DNA of 63,226 nt, counting the filler, from Octopus bimaculoides (lineage: Eukaryota), in NCBI RefSeq assembly GCF_001194135.2. It is 8 parts of 8 records of this genome, joined end to end, with 100 filler letters (N's around TTAATTAATTAA, not from the genome) between each part and the next. Parts side by side here need not be neighbours in the genome. Positions count along the whole stretch, not along the records: positions 20,761 to 39,008 come from NC_068981.1; positions 39,109 to 43,193 come from NC_069000.1; positions 43,294 to 45,556 come from NC_068994.1; positions 45,657 to 47,772 come from NC_068996.1; positions 47,873 to 59,519 come from NC_068993.1; 3 more parts are not named here. One strand, given 5' to 3'. Every line of letters starts with the position of its first letter. The first letter of the stretch is position 1. This document shows, one piece after another, positions 36,362 through 48,859 of the stretch. The notes beneath the pieces were generated by a model. That model worked only from the letters and a program-made list of their open reading frames with translations, ran no database searches and had not been told where the DNA came from. The position numbers were made by a program, and so were the translations under genes.

Positions 36362-36413
<52 letters not shown>

Positions 36414-37379
36414 NNNNNNNNNNNNNNNNNNNNNNNNNNNNNNNNNNNNNNNNNNNNNNNNNNNNNNNNNNNNNNNNNNNNNNNNNNNNNNNNNNNNNNN
36501 NNNNNNNNNNNNNNNNNNNNNNNNNNNNNNNNNNNNNNNNNNNNNNNNNNNNNNNNNNNNNNNNNNNNNNNNNNNNNNNNNNNNNNNNNNNNNNNNNNNN
36601 NNNNNNNNNNNNNNNNNNNNNNNNNNNNNNNNNNNNNNNNNNNNNNNNNNNNNNNNNNNNNNNNNNNNNNNNNNNNNNNNNNNNNNNNNNNNNNNNNNNN
36701 NNNNNNNNNNNATATATATATATATATATTTATATGTATATATATAATACATATATACATATACACAGACATATATATATATATGTTCGTTTGTATATAT
36801 ACATGTACACTTACCTACGTACCTACATACGCACGTACGTACATGCATATCTACCTACATACATACACACATACATACATACATACATACATACATACAT
36901 ACATACACACCTACATACATACATACATACATACGTACATACATATATACATACTGTACGTGAGATAACTATTGCATTGGATGACGCGCTACTCGCACTT
37001 GACAGTGAAACGGATTGTAGACGGATAAATGAAAAGTGTTGTAGACGCCGTGGTGTACTATAACCATGATTGTTATAAACATCATATGAAAAAATCCCGC
37101 TATGTTTGGATTCTTTTGAAATGTCATAGTTTTACTTGGGTTGTTTTCATTTGTGTTATCTTTGCTGAGTTTCTTGGCCTGCCTAGGCATGGAGACTGTA
37201 CAAATGGACATAACCGTATAATATTTAACAGAAAACAATAAAACAATAAGAGAGTGAAGGACAATTAGAATTTAAAGATTTTTGAAACTAAATTATCAAC
37301 CTGTTATAAATTATTTGGCATAGAATCATTGATTACATTATATACCAAAATTGTTATTTTTCATTATTTTTTTTTTTTT

Positions 37380-37970
37380 ACCATTGGTCAGTAAGTGTTA
37401 CTTTTTATTTGTCTCTATCTAGAAATCAAAGCAAATTACTACTATTCCCTTCAAGCTTTGCTTTCGTCACCTGGACATCTATGTTTGAAACTGATCTATT
37501 TTCCATTATATCACAGACAGATTCAGCACTGAGTTGTTGAAACAGAAATATCATTATAGTAAATATTCTGCTCAATACCTTGATGTCCTGATGCAGTTTC
37601 AGACAGTTGCTCTCATGGTTTCTGATCTCAATTGATTAGAAGTGTTATTATGCACATATTTTATCTTCGTGTAAAAGATGGACTACATCAAATATTCTGC
37701 TCAATACCAAAGATTTGCTCGTCAGTTACTTAAACACTTGAGCATGCCCCTTAGTAGCTGACGATAAGTGCATCTCTGATCATGAGCAGGAGTAGTGGAA
37801 GAGCATCATAGCCGTGTGTTGAGAGGGATTCTTTGAGATTTGAATAAAAATAATAAAAGCAAAGTTTGAAGGAAATATTAGCCATCTTTCATATTTTCTA
37901 CGGGTAAGCAAATAGGAAATAACAGTTGGTATCCAAGGACAAACATCGTGTTACACAGTGTTATCTACAA
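37380..37970 (+). repeat. Unclassified interspersed repeat, copy 2
   Basis: Colinear with 1905-2390, plus an extra 129 bp between 19-bp direct repeats. Confidence 0.9.
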
Positions 37971-39108
37971 AAGTCTTGTAGTGTTATTTACTGGAAGGAA
38001 AATCTATAGTGCACCTGCATCACGTCACGGTCTACTTGTCCCTACGGTGCAGCTTTCTTTGTTATTACTTTAAACCTACCTACATCGCTTTCCTTCTCTT
38101 AAATTAATTATTTCATGTTTTTAGCAAATTAATTAAATTAATTATTTCATGTTTTTACACTGATGTAGCCTTTAACTCCTTTACCTCCAGAAGACTGCCA
38201 GTCAGCCAAATCTCCCTCATATAAGAACAAACTAAATTAAATAAGGAATAGATAATATCGTCCATCACACAGCGTAAATGAATTTTCAGATGTGATGGAA
38301 GACAACTCATATGCTCTAGGAAAAAATATCCAAGGCCACACTCTGTATTATATGGTAATATTGAATATGTGTAATAATACGAACAATATTACTTAATTAC
38401 CATCACACTCATGTTGAAATGAAATCATGATTAGCTCAATGACCTGTTTTCAGCAAGAATGGTCGAGAAAGTCAGAATTTAAATTATGTATATAGATGTT
38501 TATGAATAAGTACCATTCGGTGTTTGTTTACAAGCATATAGATCTGCACGCATACAGACATATATATAAAGAACGCAAGTGGCTGCTTCGGTAGAATTCG
38601 ATTAATGCATTCATAGATTACATCAAAGCTTACAATCCACGTTTTCAGGTAAAATTTTAGAAGGTTGGATTCGCCAGACTCGATGCATGAAAACTCACCT
38701 TTTTTACACCTTACCTGTTTAAAGTTTTACCTGAAGACAGTGAATTTCGTACTTACAGACTTGTAAGTACGAAACGGTTAATACTTTCATTATTGTTTAC
38801 CTTATTATGAACTCTATGTAATCCTACCAAGGCATTTCTGACATCCTACGATTTGATGCGCATCGGTTCTATTGGAAGAAGTGCTTTAAAAATGTCAATG
38901 TCTTCGCAATTGTGTATAGAATTTCTATTCAACTCTCAGTGGACTGAATGCAATTTTTGTTGATTCTACCTATATTGGGTCTGTAAACTATATATATCTA
39001 TATATATANNNNNNNNNNNNNNNNNNNNNNNNNNNNNNNNNNNNNNNNNNNNTTAATTAATTAANNNNNNNNNNNNNNNNNNNNNNNNNNNNNNNNNNNN
39101 NNNNNNNN

Positions 39109-39787
39109 AAACAAAAACTAACTTGCTAGTTAACCTGCCTTTGATGTTGCTGCACCTCTTATGTGTCCATAGCTTGCACCGGGTACATCTTATAGAGTTA
39201 CTACCTACTCCTTTTCTACATACTGAGCAGGGCCATCTACCTGAAGGGGTTTGTGTTTTATCTACCTTCCTACTTATTAGGATTTTGGTTTTAGCTAGGT
39301 TGACTCTAAGGCCCTTCAATTCTAGACCTTGCTTCCACACCTGAAACTTCTCCTCTAGTTCTGATAGTGACTCCGCAATTAGGGCAAGGTCATCAGCATA
39401 GAGGAGCTCCCAGGGGCAACCTGTCTTGAACACCTCTGTGATTGCCTGGAGGACTATGATAAATAAGAGGGGGCTGAGGACGGAACCTTGGTAAACCCCT
39501 ACCTCTACCCGGAATTCATTGCCGTACTCATTACCAACCCTCACCTTACTGGCAGCATCTCTGTACATGGCTCGCACAGCTCTCACTAACCATTCTTCTA
39601 TCCCAAGTTTCCTCATTGACCACCAGATAAGGGATCGGGGGACCCTGTCAAAGGCTTTCTCTATGTCAACGAAAGCCAGGTACAGAGATTTATCCTTAGC
39701 TAGGTATTTCTCCTGCAACTGTCTCACTAGAAATAAGGCATCAGTAGTGCTTTTACCTGGCACGAACCCAAACTGCATCTCATCTAA
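39109..39787 (-). mobile_element. RTE LINE RT fragment (open frame, cut by a gap)
   Basis: LDEMQFGFVPGKSTTDALF...QGSVLSPLLF...ELLYADDLAL. Same family as 10789-13318. Confidence 0.95.
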
Positions 39788-42655
39788 AATATTGAACAAC
39801 CTATTTTCAATATCTAACAGTGAGCAAACTGGTAAATATTTGGAGAAATCCCTTTCTAACTAACCATAATATTGTGCTTCTTTTAATATAGGCTTCAAAT
39901 TTTGGTACAGCACCACCAATTTCGAGTGAGAAGGTTAGTTGCTTATATCAACCCCAGTGCTCAACTGGTACTCATTTTATTAACTCCAAAAGGATGAAAG
40001 GTAAAGTCTATCTCAGTGGAATTTGAACTCAGAACATAAAGACAGACAAAATGCTGCTAGGTATTTTGCCTGGTATGCTAACAATTTGCTTCTTTTAATA
40101 TTATTGCCAACTGAAAAAAAAATGGTAATAGAATGGCAGAAACAGTGGAGAGCTAATTTGAAATGACCTGTGGTCATTTTGCTTCGTCACTTCACAGTCC
40201 AGATTCAAATCCAATAATTGCTAATTCTCTTTTTCTTTCTCTTTTACTTTTTATCTTCCTGTATTAATGAAATAGCAATCAAATCCAGGAGTCAGTTCCA
40301 ACTTCCTTCTGCCTCATGAAATTAGAGTCAGATACCAACCATAAAAAAAATCAATATTGTCTATTAACACTAGTCCCAAAACTTGCCCAAACTCATGAAC
40401 TGTTATATACCGATTTGTGTCTTAATGTACTCTTCTTTTATAATTCCATTCCCATCTAGCTTGTATTACAAGAATATAATGCACATTTAGCTTAGTCTAT
40501 AAGAATGGAACCCAGAATTTAATTTTTATATCTCCCCAAAGGTATAAAACACAAAATTAACCACAGCAGAATTTGAACTCGGAACGTGAAGAACTGCAAC
40601 TAAAAAGCATTTTGTCAAAGCTCTGATGATTCTGCCAATCAAATCTACCACCCTTTTGTCTAATTAGTCCATCAATCATTAACTAACACCTGAAAAGTAC
40701 ATAACTTTCGTTACATTCTGTTAGAAAATAAGATTTGTTCAGTAACGCCATCCATCCACCATCTCCGCTCACTATTTCTGAGAAGGTTTTGGAAGTTGAG
40801 TCTTGAGATCCTCCATTGGGTCTTATCAAAAAACAACAGTCACGAGATTTTTCGAAGACAAAATAAGAATGATTAAGGGGACGTAATTCTGTGTTACTTA
40901 AGAATTTCAGAATGTTTGAAATCGAATCTCGGGAGAAGAGAAAAACTTCCAGTACTGATAGATTTAATGGTTTTTCTGTTAGATTGTATAAGGTGCTAAA
41001 TAAAAAGTAATTATTTTTGAACATACGTCTAAAACCATTATATATATTGTATTGTCATTATGTACAAGTTAAAATATTGTTTATTTACTTTAAATTATAT
41101 ATAGTTTTCAGAAATATGTCAATTTTTACTGTCTTTTTCCATGAATTTATCTTCGTTTATTGAGGTTTGCCAGGTAACCGAAATTCCAGCTTCCTGAATA
41201 TTTAGTAGAGTAACTAAAAGAAAAAAAAAATGCCTTGTGGTATTTAGTTACAGCTTTCAAGTTCTGAGGCTTAAATCCCGTCAAAGTACTCGATCGATGT
41301 AATCAACTCCATTCTTACCAGAAATCAATGTTAAAACGAAATATTATAAACACCGTTCAACATATCAAGCAAATTCTAAATTATCATCAAAATATATTTT
41401 ATTACAAATGACTTAATTTGTACTTGGATATCATCCTATCATTATCATATTTGATTAATGAGCACTTTGTACCTAGACTGATGAATATATTTATCACAGT
41501 TCTGAGTTCAAAATTGCCTTTCATCTTTTCAGGGTCGATAAATTAAGTACCAATTGTGTCCTGAGGTTGATCAAATTGACTGGCCCCCTTCCCACCAAAA
41601 TTCAGGCTTTGTGCCTATAGTAGAAAGGATATTTATCACAGTTTATATGACAACACATATTTTAAATATCAATTGAAAGTTCGATATATTATTACTGAAT
41701 CTCTTATTTAGATATAAGTTGATTATACTTTCGATAAATTTCATTGATCAGTCAATGAAAACAGTTGAAATTATATTTATACAAAGCAAATTTCAGAATT
41801 TGCAGAATGTAATTACAACTGTCTATTTTACTTCTACATAGTTTGAAAAAAATGACTTGAGACAATAGTAAGGATTCGTGATTTAAAAAAAAACATTCCA
41901 GTGAAGTATCTGCTTGACCTCTTTTGTCTTACTAATACTCTCCCCACTACCACAAGTCTCTCTATCTCTTATTTTTATCACCTTATCATTCCCTCATTTA
42001 CTCACTCTGCATAATGTATTAGACTTTCTCTTCTGCCTGCCTCCGACTTACACTCTGTCACTCATATCTGTCTTCCCTGTTCCCCCTCTTCCCTCCTTTT
42101 CTCTACCCACCTCCCTTCCTTTCAATACTGGCTTCCCCGACTCTCTCGTATACCTCACATTTTAACTACTCTTCCACTAGTACAATTTTTTTCTTTCAAG
42201 CTTCTGTTCGCCTACGTTGAAGTCAGTTCAGGGTATAAAAGAAAAAAAAAAAAAGAAAACCTGTTACTGTACTACCTGCTACTCTCACCACTTTTAAAAG
42301 TTGACCGTTTTCCTTTTAAATAATATCATATTTTTTCTCTCTCTCTCTCTAATTAGCACTCACCTCATATACATATTACGGATTATTGAATTTTTTTTTT
42401 CCTTCTGTTCTTGGATCTAAGAAGGCAAGAAAGATCATGAGACAACTATTTATCTGTCACTATGCACAAGTCAATACTTTGAAAGGATAAAATGATCCAC
42501 TTTAACAGTTAACTCGCACACTATTATACATACGTAAATATTCACGTTTATAGAACCTGTTCTATTGGATTTAATTTTCTAATTGAATTACATCACGAAG
42601 AAAACCATTACAAACTTTTCTATCATATTTTATCTGGATTAAATATGTCCTGTAG

Positions 42656-42759
42656 TTACATTATTGTTGCCGGAGGCAGTCGGCACCCTTTTCGGTTTAC
42701 TATGCTGTCGACGACGCTATTAGTTATGATGATGATAGTGATGACGTCCGCTCAAGATT
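42656..42759 (+). CDS. Candidate exon encoding a signal-peptide-like sequence MLSTTLLVMMMIVMTSAQD (ATG at 42702)
   Basis: Acceptor gtcctgtag and donor T|gtaagt (phase 1). Part of the hydrophobic core comes from an (ATG)n run, so this may be chance. Confidence 0.25.
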
Positions 42760-43293
42760 GTAAGTTACTTACTAAAGATAACTTATTTCCTTCGTTCCTT
42801 TCTCCTTCTCTTTCTCTCCGCCCTTTTCTTTCTCTCTCTCTCTCTCTGTCTGCAATTACATTCACACACACTTATATTGAATTAAGATTCTATTACCTCG
42901 TTCAGTGATCGATACTTTTGTGTTTCAAATGCTTGTTTTATTCCACTTAGGCTTTTACTAACGCTCATTTCATTAGCACACACACACACACATATGTATA
43001 TGCATATACTCATTTACTATTTGTTTATATATATATATATATATATATATATGGATAGATAAATAGATATTTAATTAGACCAAAATCCATTTTTCTCGCA
43101 CCTCTCCCTGAAAAATGCATTTTGTTTCAAAAAAATCTTTCGGATTCCTACGTTTTAGATGTCGGAGATTACGAATATGCAAAAAAAAAAAAANNNNNNN
43201 NNNNNNNNNNNNNNNNNNNNNNNNNNNNNNNNNNNNNTTAATTAATTAANNNNNNNNNNNNNNNNNNNNNNNNNNNNNNNNNNNNNNNNNNNN

Positions 43294-43325
<32 letters not shown>

Positions 43326-43842
43326 ATGCATATGTATATATATGTGTCCATTGGTGTCCAGAGGGAAGTATCTCTGGACAGATGGTTCTCAATAGGTTTA
43401 ATGTTGCAGATAAGGAATCCAACGGAAACTCCATCGCCCAACTTTATTACAAAGTTAAACATTTAAAAATGCATTACATTGAAAACACATAGAAAAGTTT
43501 TGTTTCTGAAATCACATCAGTGCTTAGCAAAATTATGAACAACAAGGTTTTCAATGAAGGGACTTAAGCCCCATTAGCATGGATTTTGTAAAATGCCTGA
43601 AATCGTTATTTTAACACAATCACGACACATCTGGATGGAGTCGTCCTACTCGGTCGCTCCTGTGTGATGTATTAAATTGAGTATCCTTTCTGTATCTTGC
43701 GCGGGGTTATTGAGTAAAATGGTGTTTTCTTTAGTCGGGATCAGGCCTTTGTAGCTATTATTCCCGCCGCGACTACATTTATATACATGCGTGCGCATAA
43801 GTATATATGTGTGTGTATAAATATGTATACAGATACATACAT

Positions 43843-43873
<31 letters not shown>

Positions 43874-43914
43874 CACGAATATTTACGAGTCTCTGTGTAT
43901 ATATTTACGATATG

Positions 43915-43949
<35 letters not shown>

Positions 43950-44224
43950 NNNNNNNNNNATATATATATATATACACACACATATATATATATATATATA
44001 GATATATATGTTTATACACATATTTACGAGTCTTTGTGTACAGATTTACTATACGTATATATATATGTACATACATACGCATATATGTATACATATATAT
44101 ACATTTATCTATCTATATATATATATATATATACATATACACATATACACATGCACACATTATATATATATATATATATCCATAGATAGGTAGATAGATA
44201 TGCACATACGCATCCACTCATAAT

Positions 44225-44255
<31 letters not shown>

Positions 44256-45351
44256 AACATATATATATATATATGCATACACACACACACACACATCTAC
44301 TCATAATATATACATATATGCACACACATATACATTCATATATATATATATATACATACATACACACACATATATATATACATTTCTTTATTGCCCACTA
44401 TACATATATATATATATATATATANNNNNNNNNNNNNNNNNNNNNNNNNNNNNNNNNNNNNNNNNNNNNNNNNNNNNNNNNNNNNNNNNNNNNNNNNNNN
44501 NNNNNNNNNNNNNNNNNNNNNNNNNNNNNNNNNNNNNNNNNNNNNNNNNNNNNNNNNNNNNNNNNNNNNNNNNNNNNNNNNNNNNNNNNNNNNNNNNNNN
44601 NNNNNNNNNNNNNNNNNNNNNNNNNNNNNNNNNNNNNNNNNNNNNNNNNNNNNNNNNNNNNNNNNNNNNNNNNNNNNNNNNNNNNNNNNNNNNNNNNNNN
44701 NNNNNNNNNNNNNNNNNNNNNNNNNNNNNNNNNNNNNNNNNNNNNNNNNTATATATATATATATGCACATACATACATACATACATACATGCATTCATAC
44801 ATACATACAAAGATATTCAGATGCGCATAAGCACGTGCATGCACTCCCATCTACTCAAACAAATGCATATTCCTACAGTTTTATTTAGTTGAGTGTATTA
44901 TGAATGCATCAGTCTAAATACATTTCTGTTCCATTATCTCACTCACTCGTCACCCACGCGTATCAGATTAATAAAGAGAAACTATTATTTCGGGCTGAAT
45001 AGATGAGGCCAGCCAACTAACCAACTGTTGCTACGTGCAATGGCTGCGGTTTTCAGGCTCCTTTGTCGTGTCTTTACTTTCATGCTTACACTTTTTCTTT
45101 CTTTTTTTTATTTCCTCTTCATTATCAGTGAACGGTGATAAATGCACAAAGACATATATATATATGTATATATACACATAGAGAGACACATATATATGTA
45201 TATATATATTATTTCTTCACGCACACAGACATATATATATATATGTATTATTTCTTTATTGCTCACAAGGGGCTAATCATAGAGGGGACAAACAAGGACA
45301 CAAAGGGATTACAAACATATATATGTATATATGCATGTATATATATATATA

Positions 45352-45508
45352 CGACGGACTTCTTTCAGTTGCCGTCTACCAAATCCACTCACAAGGCATT
45401 GGTCGGCCCGAGGCTATAGTAGAAGACACTTGCCCAAGGTGCCACGCAGTGAGACTGAACCCAGAACCGTGTGGCTGGAAAGCAAGCTTCTTACCACACA
45501 GCCACTCC
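45352..45508 (-). mobile_element. SINE family A
   Basis: Well-preserved copy that retains its CpGs. Confidence 0.9.
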
Positions 45509-45656
45509 ATACATACATACATACATACGTTGGGACAATTGGTGACAGAGATAGAGNNNNNNNNNNNNNNNNNNNNNNNNNNNNNNNNNNNNNNNNNNNN
45601 TTAATTAATTAANNNNNNNNNNNNNNNNNNNNNNNNNNNNNNNNNNNNNNNNNNNN

Positions 45657-46365
45657 TAAACTCTGTACTGGCACCCATGCCAACCCCTCCTTCATTGGAC
45701 ACTAAACTCTGTACTGGCACCCATGCCAACCTCTCCTTCATTGGACACTAAACTCTGTACTGGCACCCATGCCAACCCCTCCTTCATTGGACACTAAACT
45801 CCGTACTGGCACCCATGCCAACCCCACCATTGGACACTAAACTCTGTACTGGCACCCATGCCAACCCCTCCTACATCGGACAGTAAACTCTGTACTGGCA
45901 CCCATGCTAACCCCTCCTTCATTGGACACTAAACTCTGTACTGGCACCCATGCCAACCCCTCCTTCATTGGACACTAAACTCTGTACTGGCACCCATGCC
46001 AACTCCTCCTTCATTGGACACTAAACTCTGTACTGGCACCCATGCTAACCCCTCCTTCATTGGACACTAAACTCTGTACTGGCACCCATGCCAATCTCTC
46101 CTTCATTGGACACTAAACTCTGTACTGGCACCCATGCCAACCTCTCCTTCATTGGACACTAACCCTATCCCTAAAAGCCTAACCTTACTCTAAAACTTTA
46201 ACCTTAACCCTAAAACCCCAACACCTTAACCTTAAAACCCTAACCTAATCCAACCCTAAAACCTTAACCCTAACCCTAACCTAACTCTAACTCTAAAACC
46301 CTAACCTAACCCAACCATAAAACTCTGTACTGGCACCCATGCCAACCTCTCCTTCATTGGATACT
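45657..46365 (+). repeat. 46-bp tandem array derived from the RTE 3' region (11 units, then a 12th after the insert)
   Basis: Unit taaactctgtactggcacccatgccaacccctccttcattggacac starts at 45657, 45703, 45749, 45795 (43 bp), 45838 and onward to 46114. ccttcattggacactaaactctg is the reverse complement of RTE sequence at ~11303-11325. Confidence 0.95.
46160..46317 (+). repeat. Degenerate telomere-like (CCCTAA/CCTTAA/CCCTAAAA) tract
   Basis: Direct reading. It is inserted between 46-bp units. Confidence 0.8.
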
Positions 46366-46409
46366 AAACTTTGCTTGCGAAGACCTGTTGGGGCAAGGGA
46401 AATCAAACA

Positions 46410-46995
46410 TGGAGCCTGGTGTAGCCATCCGGTTTTACCAGTCCTCAGTCAAATCATCCAACAAAGCACCCAGTGCACTCTCGGAGTGGTTGGCGTTAGG
46501 AAGGGCATCCAGCTGTAGAAACTCTGCCGAATCAGATTGGAGCCTGGTGTAGCCATCTGGTTTCACCAGTCCTCTGTCAAAGCATCCAACAATGCACCCA
46601 CTACACTCTCAGAGCGTTAGGAAGGGCATCCAGCTGTAGAAACCCTGCCAGTTCAGATTGGAGCCTGGTGTAGCCACCTGGTTCATCAGTTGTTAGTCAA
46701 AACATCCAACAAAGCACCCACTATACTCTCTGAGTGGTTGGCGTAAGGAAGGGCATCCAGCTGTAGAAACTCTGCCAGATCAGATTGGAGCCTGGTGTAG
46801 CCATCTGGTTTCACCAGTCCTCAGTCAAATCGTCCAACAAAGCACCCACTTCACTCTCGGAGCTTTAGGGAGGGCATCCAGCTGTAGAAACTCTGCCAAA
46901 TCAGATTGGAGCCTGGTGTAGCCATCTGGTTTCACCAGTCCTCAGTCAAATCGTCCAACCCATGCTAGCATGGAAAGCGGACGTTAAACGATGAA
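46410..46995 (+). repeat. About 4.5 tandem copies (121-128 bp) of the RTE terminal segment, ending in the RTE terminus
   Basis: tggagcctggtgtagcc starts at 46410, 46538, 46659, 46786 and 46907. The array ends catgctagcatggaaagcggacgttaaacgatga, matching the reverse complement of 10810-10950. Confidence 0.95.
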
Positions 46996-47024
46996 CGAAC
47001 GAGAGTAATTAAATGCATACTTAC

Positions 47025-47114
47025 CACTAATGAAGGCAACTAATTGTTCTTCAGCAATTAATTCCATCTGATAGACGGCCTTTTTATCACTTTTGTCTCC
47101 AATTCTTGTAAAAA
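47025..47114 (-). CDS. CDC42BP/gek: Internal exon of serine/threonine kinase MRCK (CDC42-binding protein kinase), start of the CNH domain
   Basis: Acceptor ctcttttttcctctttgcag and donor G|gtaagt; 90 nt, phase 1-1. It encodes xFTRIGDKSDKKAVYQMELIAEEQLVAFIS(G), resembling human CDC42BPA IIRVGDNKKIHQIELIPNDQLVAVISG (recalled, not searched). Confidence 0.82.
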
Positions 47115-47174
47115 CTGCAAAGAGGAAAAAAGAGAGATTTTAAAACCATGTAATTTTTTTAAACAGATACTATC

Positions 47175-47559
47175 TTTACTCTTTTACTGCGACCAAGCTG
47201 GAGCACCACTTTTTAGTCGGAGAAAATCGACCCCAGGACTTATTCTTTGGATGCCTAGTACTTATTCTATCCGTCCCTTTTTGTCGAAAGTGCAGAGGTT
47301 ACGGGGGGATGTAAACACACCAGCATCGGTTGTCAGGCGATGTTGGGGGACAAACACAGACACACATACATATATATATATACATATACATATACACAAC
47401 GGGCTTCTTTTTAGTTTCCGTCTACCGAATCCATTCACAAGGCTTTGGTCGGCCCCGAGGCTATAGTAGAAGACACTTGCCCAAGGTACCACGCAGTGAG
47501 ACTGAACCCAGAACCATGTGGTTGATAAACAAGCTACTTATCACACAGCCACTCCTACG

Positions 47560-47601
<42 letters not shown>

Positions 47602-48053
47602 AGGGGCTTCTTTCAGTTTCCGTCTACCAAATCCACTTACAAGGCTTTGGTCGGCCTGAGGTTATAGTAGAAGACACTTGCCCAAGGTACCACGCAGTGG
47701 GACTGAACCCAGAACCATGTGGTTGGTAAGCAAGCTACTTATCACACAGCCACTCCCGCGCATAACCCTTTTNNNNNNNNNNNNNNNNNNNNNNNNNNNN
47801 NNNNNNNNNNNNNNNNTTAATTAATTAANNNNNNNNNNNNNNNNNNNNNNNNNNNNNNNNNNNNNNNNNNNNTATATATACATATATACGACGGGCTTCT
47901 TTCAGTTTCTGTCTACCAAATCCACTCACAAGGCTTTGGTCGGCCCGAGGCAATAGTAGAAGACACTTGCCCAAGGTGCCACGCAGTAGGAATGAACCCG
48001 GAACCATTTGGTTGGTAAGCAAACTACTTACCACACAGCCACTCCTGCGCCTC
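47175..48053 (-). mobile_element. SINE cluster: one family C module and three family A copies (47397-47561, 47604-47761, 47888-48053)
   Basis: Repeated ttctttcagtttccgtctaccaaatccact.acaaggctttggtcggcc.gagg.tatagtagaagacacttgcccaagg. Confidence 0.9.
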
Positions 48054-48469
48054 CTGTATTTTCTTTTACCCAAAGCCAAGGAACGTTTCCGTACCCCTTC
48101 GTTTATAGGCTTAGCTGCATGGCTAAGACATTTGCTTTCTTGACATCCTGAATTCGATTACACTGTATATGGTTTTCAACCTTCCGGGGTCGCGAATATC
48201 AAATACCTCTCTAATACTGTATCCGATTCAATCGTCTGGGGTTTCTACAACCAAGACACTATGTCTGACAATCTCAAAAGGATAGTTTAAGTGTTGCTTG
48301 TCTTTCAATGGTAAATGAGAAGATAAACATCAAACGTCAAATAGCGCGATATTCATAGGAAGGGCAATGACTGCAAACGTTATTAGTTTCGGAAGATATA
48401 AAGTTGTCATACTATACGGGATATGGTATATGTTTGTCATTTGACCCGATGCAAGTGAAAAGTGTAATC

Positions 48470-48664
48470 GACAGACAGACAGACAGACGGATGGTCGGAC
48501 AGACAGACGGACGGTCGGACAGACGGACGGTCGGACAGACAGACAGGCAGGTAGGTAAGTAGGTAGGTAGGTAGGTAGGTAGGTAGGTAGGTAGGTAGGT
48601 AGACAGATAGACATACAGACGGACGGACAGACGGACAGACAGGCAGACAGACAGACAGACAGAC

Positions 48665-48730
<66 letters not shown>

Positions 48731-48752
48731 ATAGATATACAGACAGACAGAC

Positions 48753-48815
<63 letters not shown>
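48470..48815. repeat. Compound (GACA)/(GACG)/(GGTA)/(GATA) microsatellite
   Basis: Direct reading of the sequence. Confidence 0.95.
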
Positions 48816-48816
<1 letters not shown>

Positions 48817-48859
48817 CAGCACATCCGCAGAGCAGTTCGGCTTAAATTCAGAAAATGTC

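Noticed and set aside
40683-41024. 113-aa ORF, and similar unique ORFs at 43340-43490 and 62779-63069
   Set aside because: No recognisable motif or convincing splice pair, so they cannot be supported without a search.
42364-42416. Minus-strand 53-nt exon with good splice sites
   Set aside because: It has a stop in the phase needed after the MRCK exon and no similarity to CNH. Chance is likely.
45657-46159. 46-bp array as a CRISPR
   Set aside because: The units are contiguous with no unique spacers, there are no cas genes, and the unit derives from the RTE 3' region.
46160-46317. True chromosome end
   Set aside because: The tract is short, degenerate and flanked on both sides by LINE-derived sequence inside an intron.
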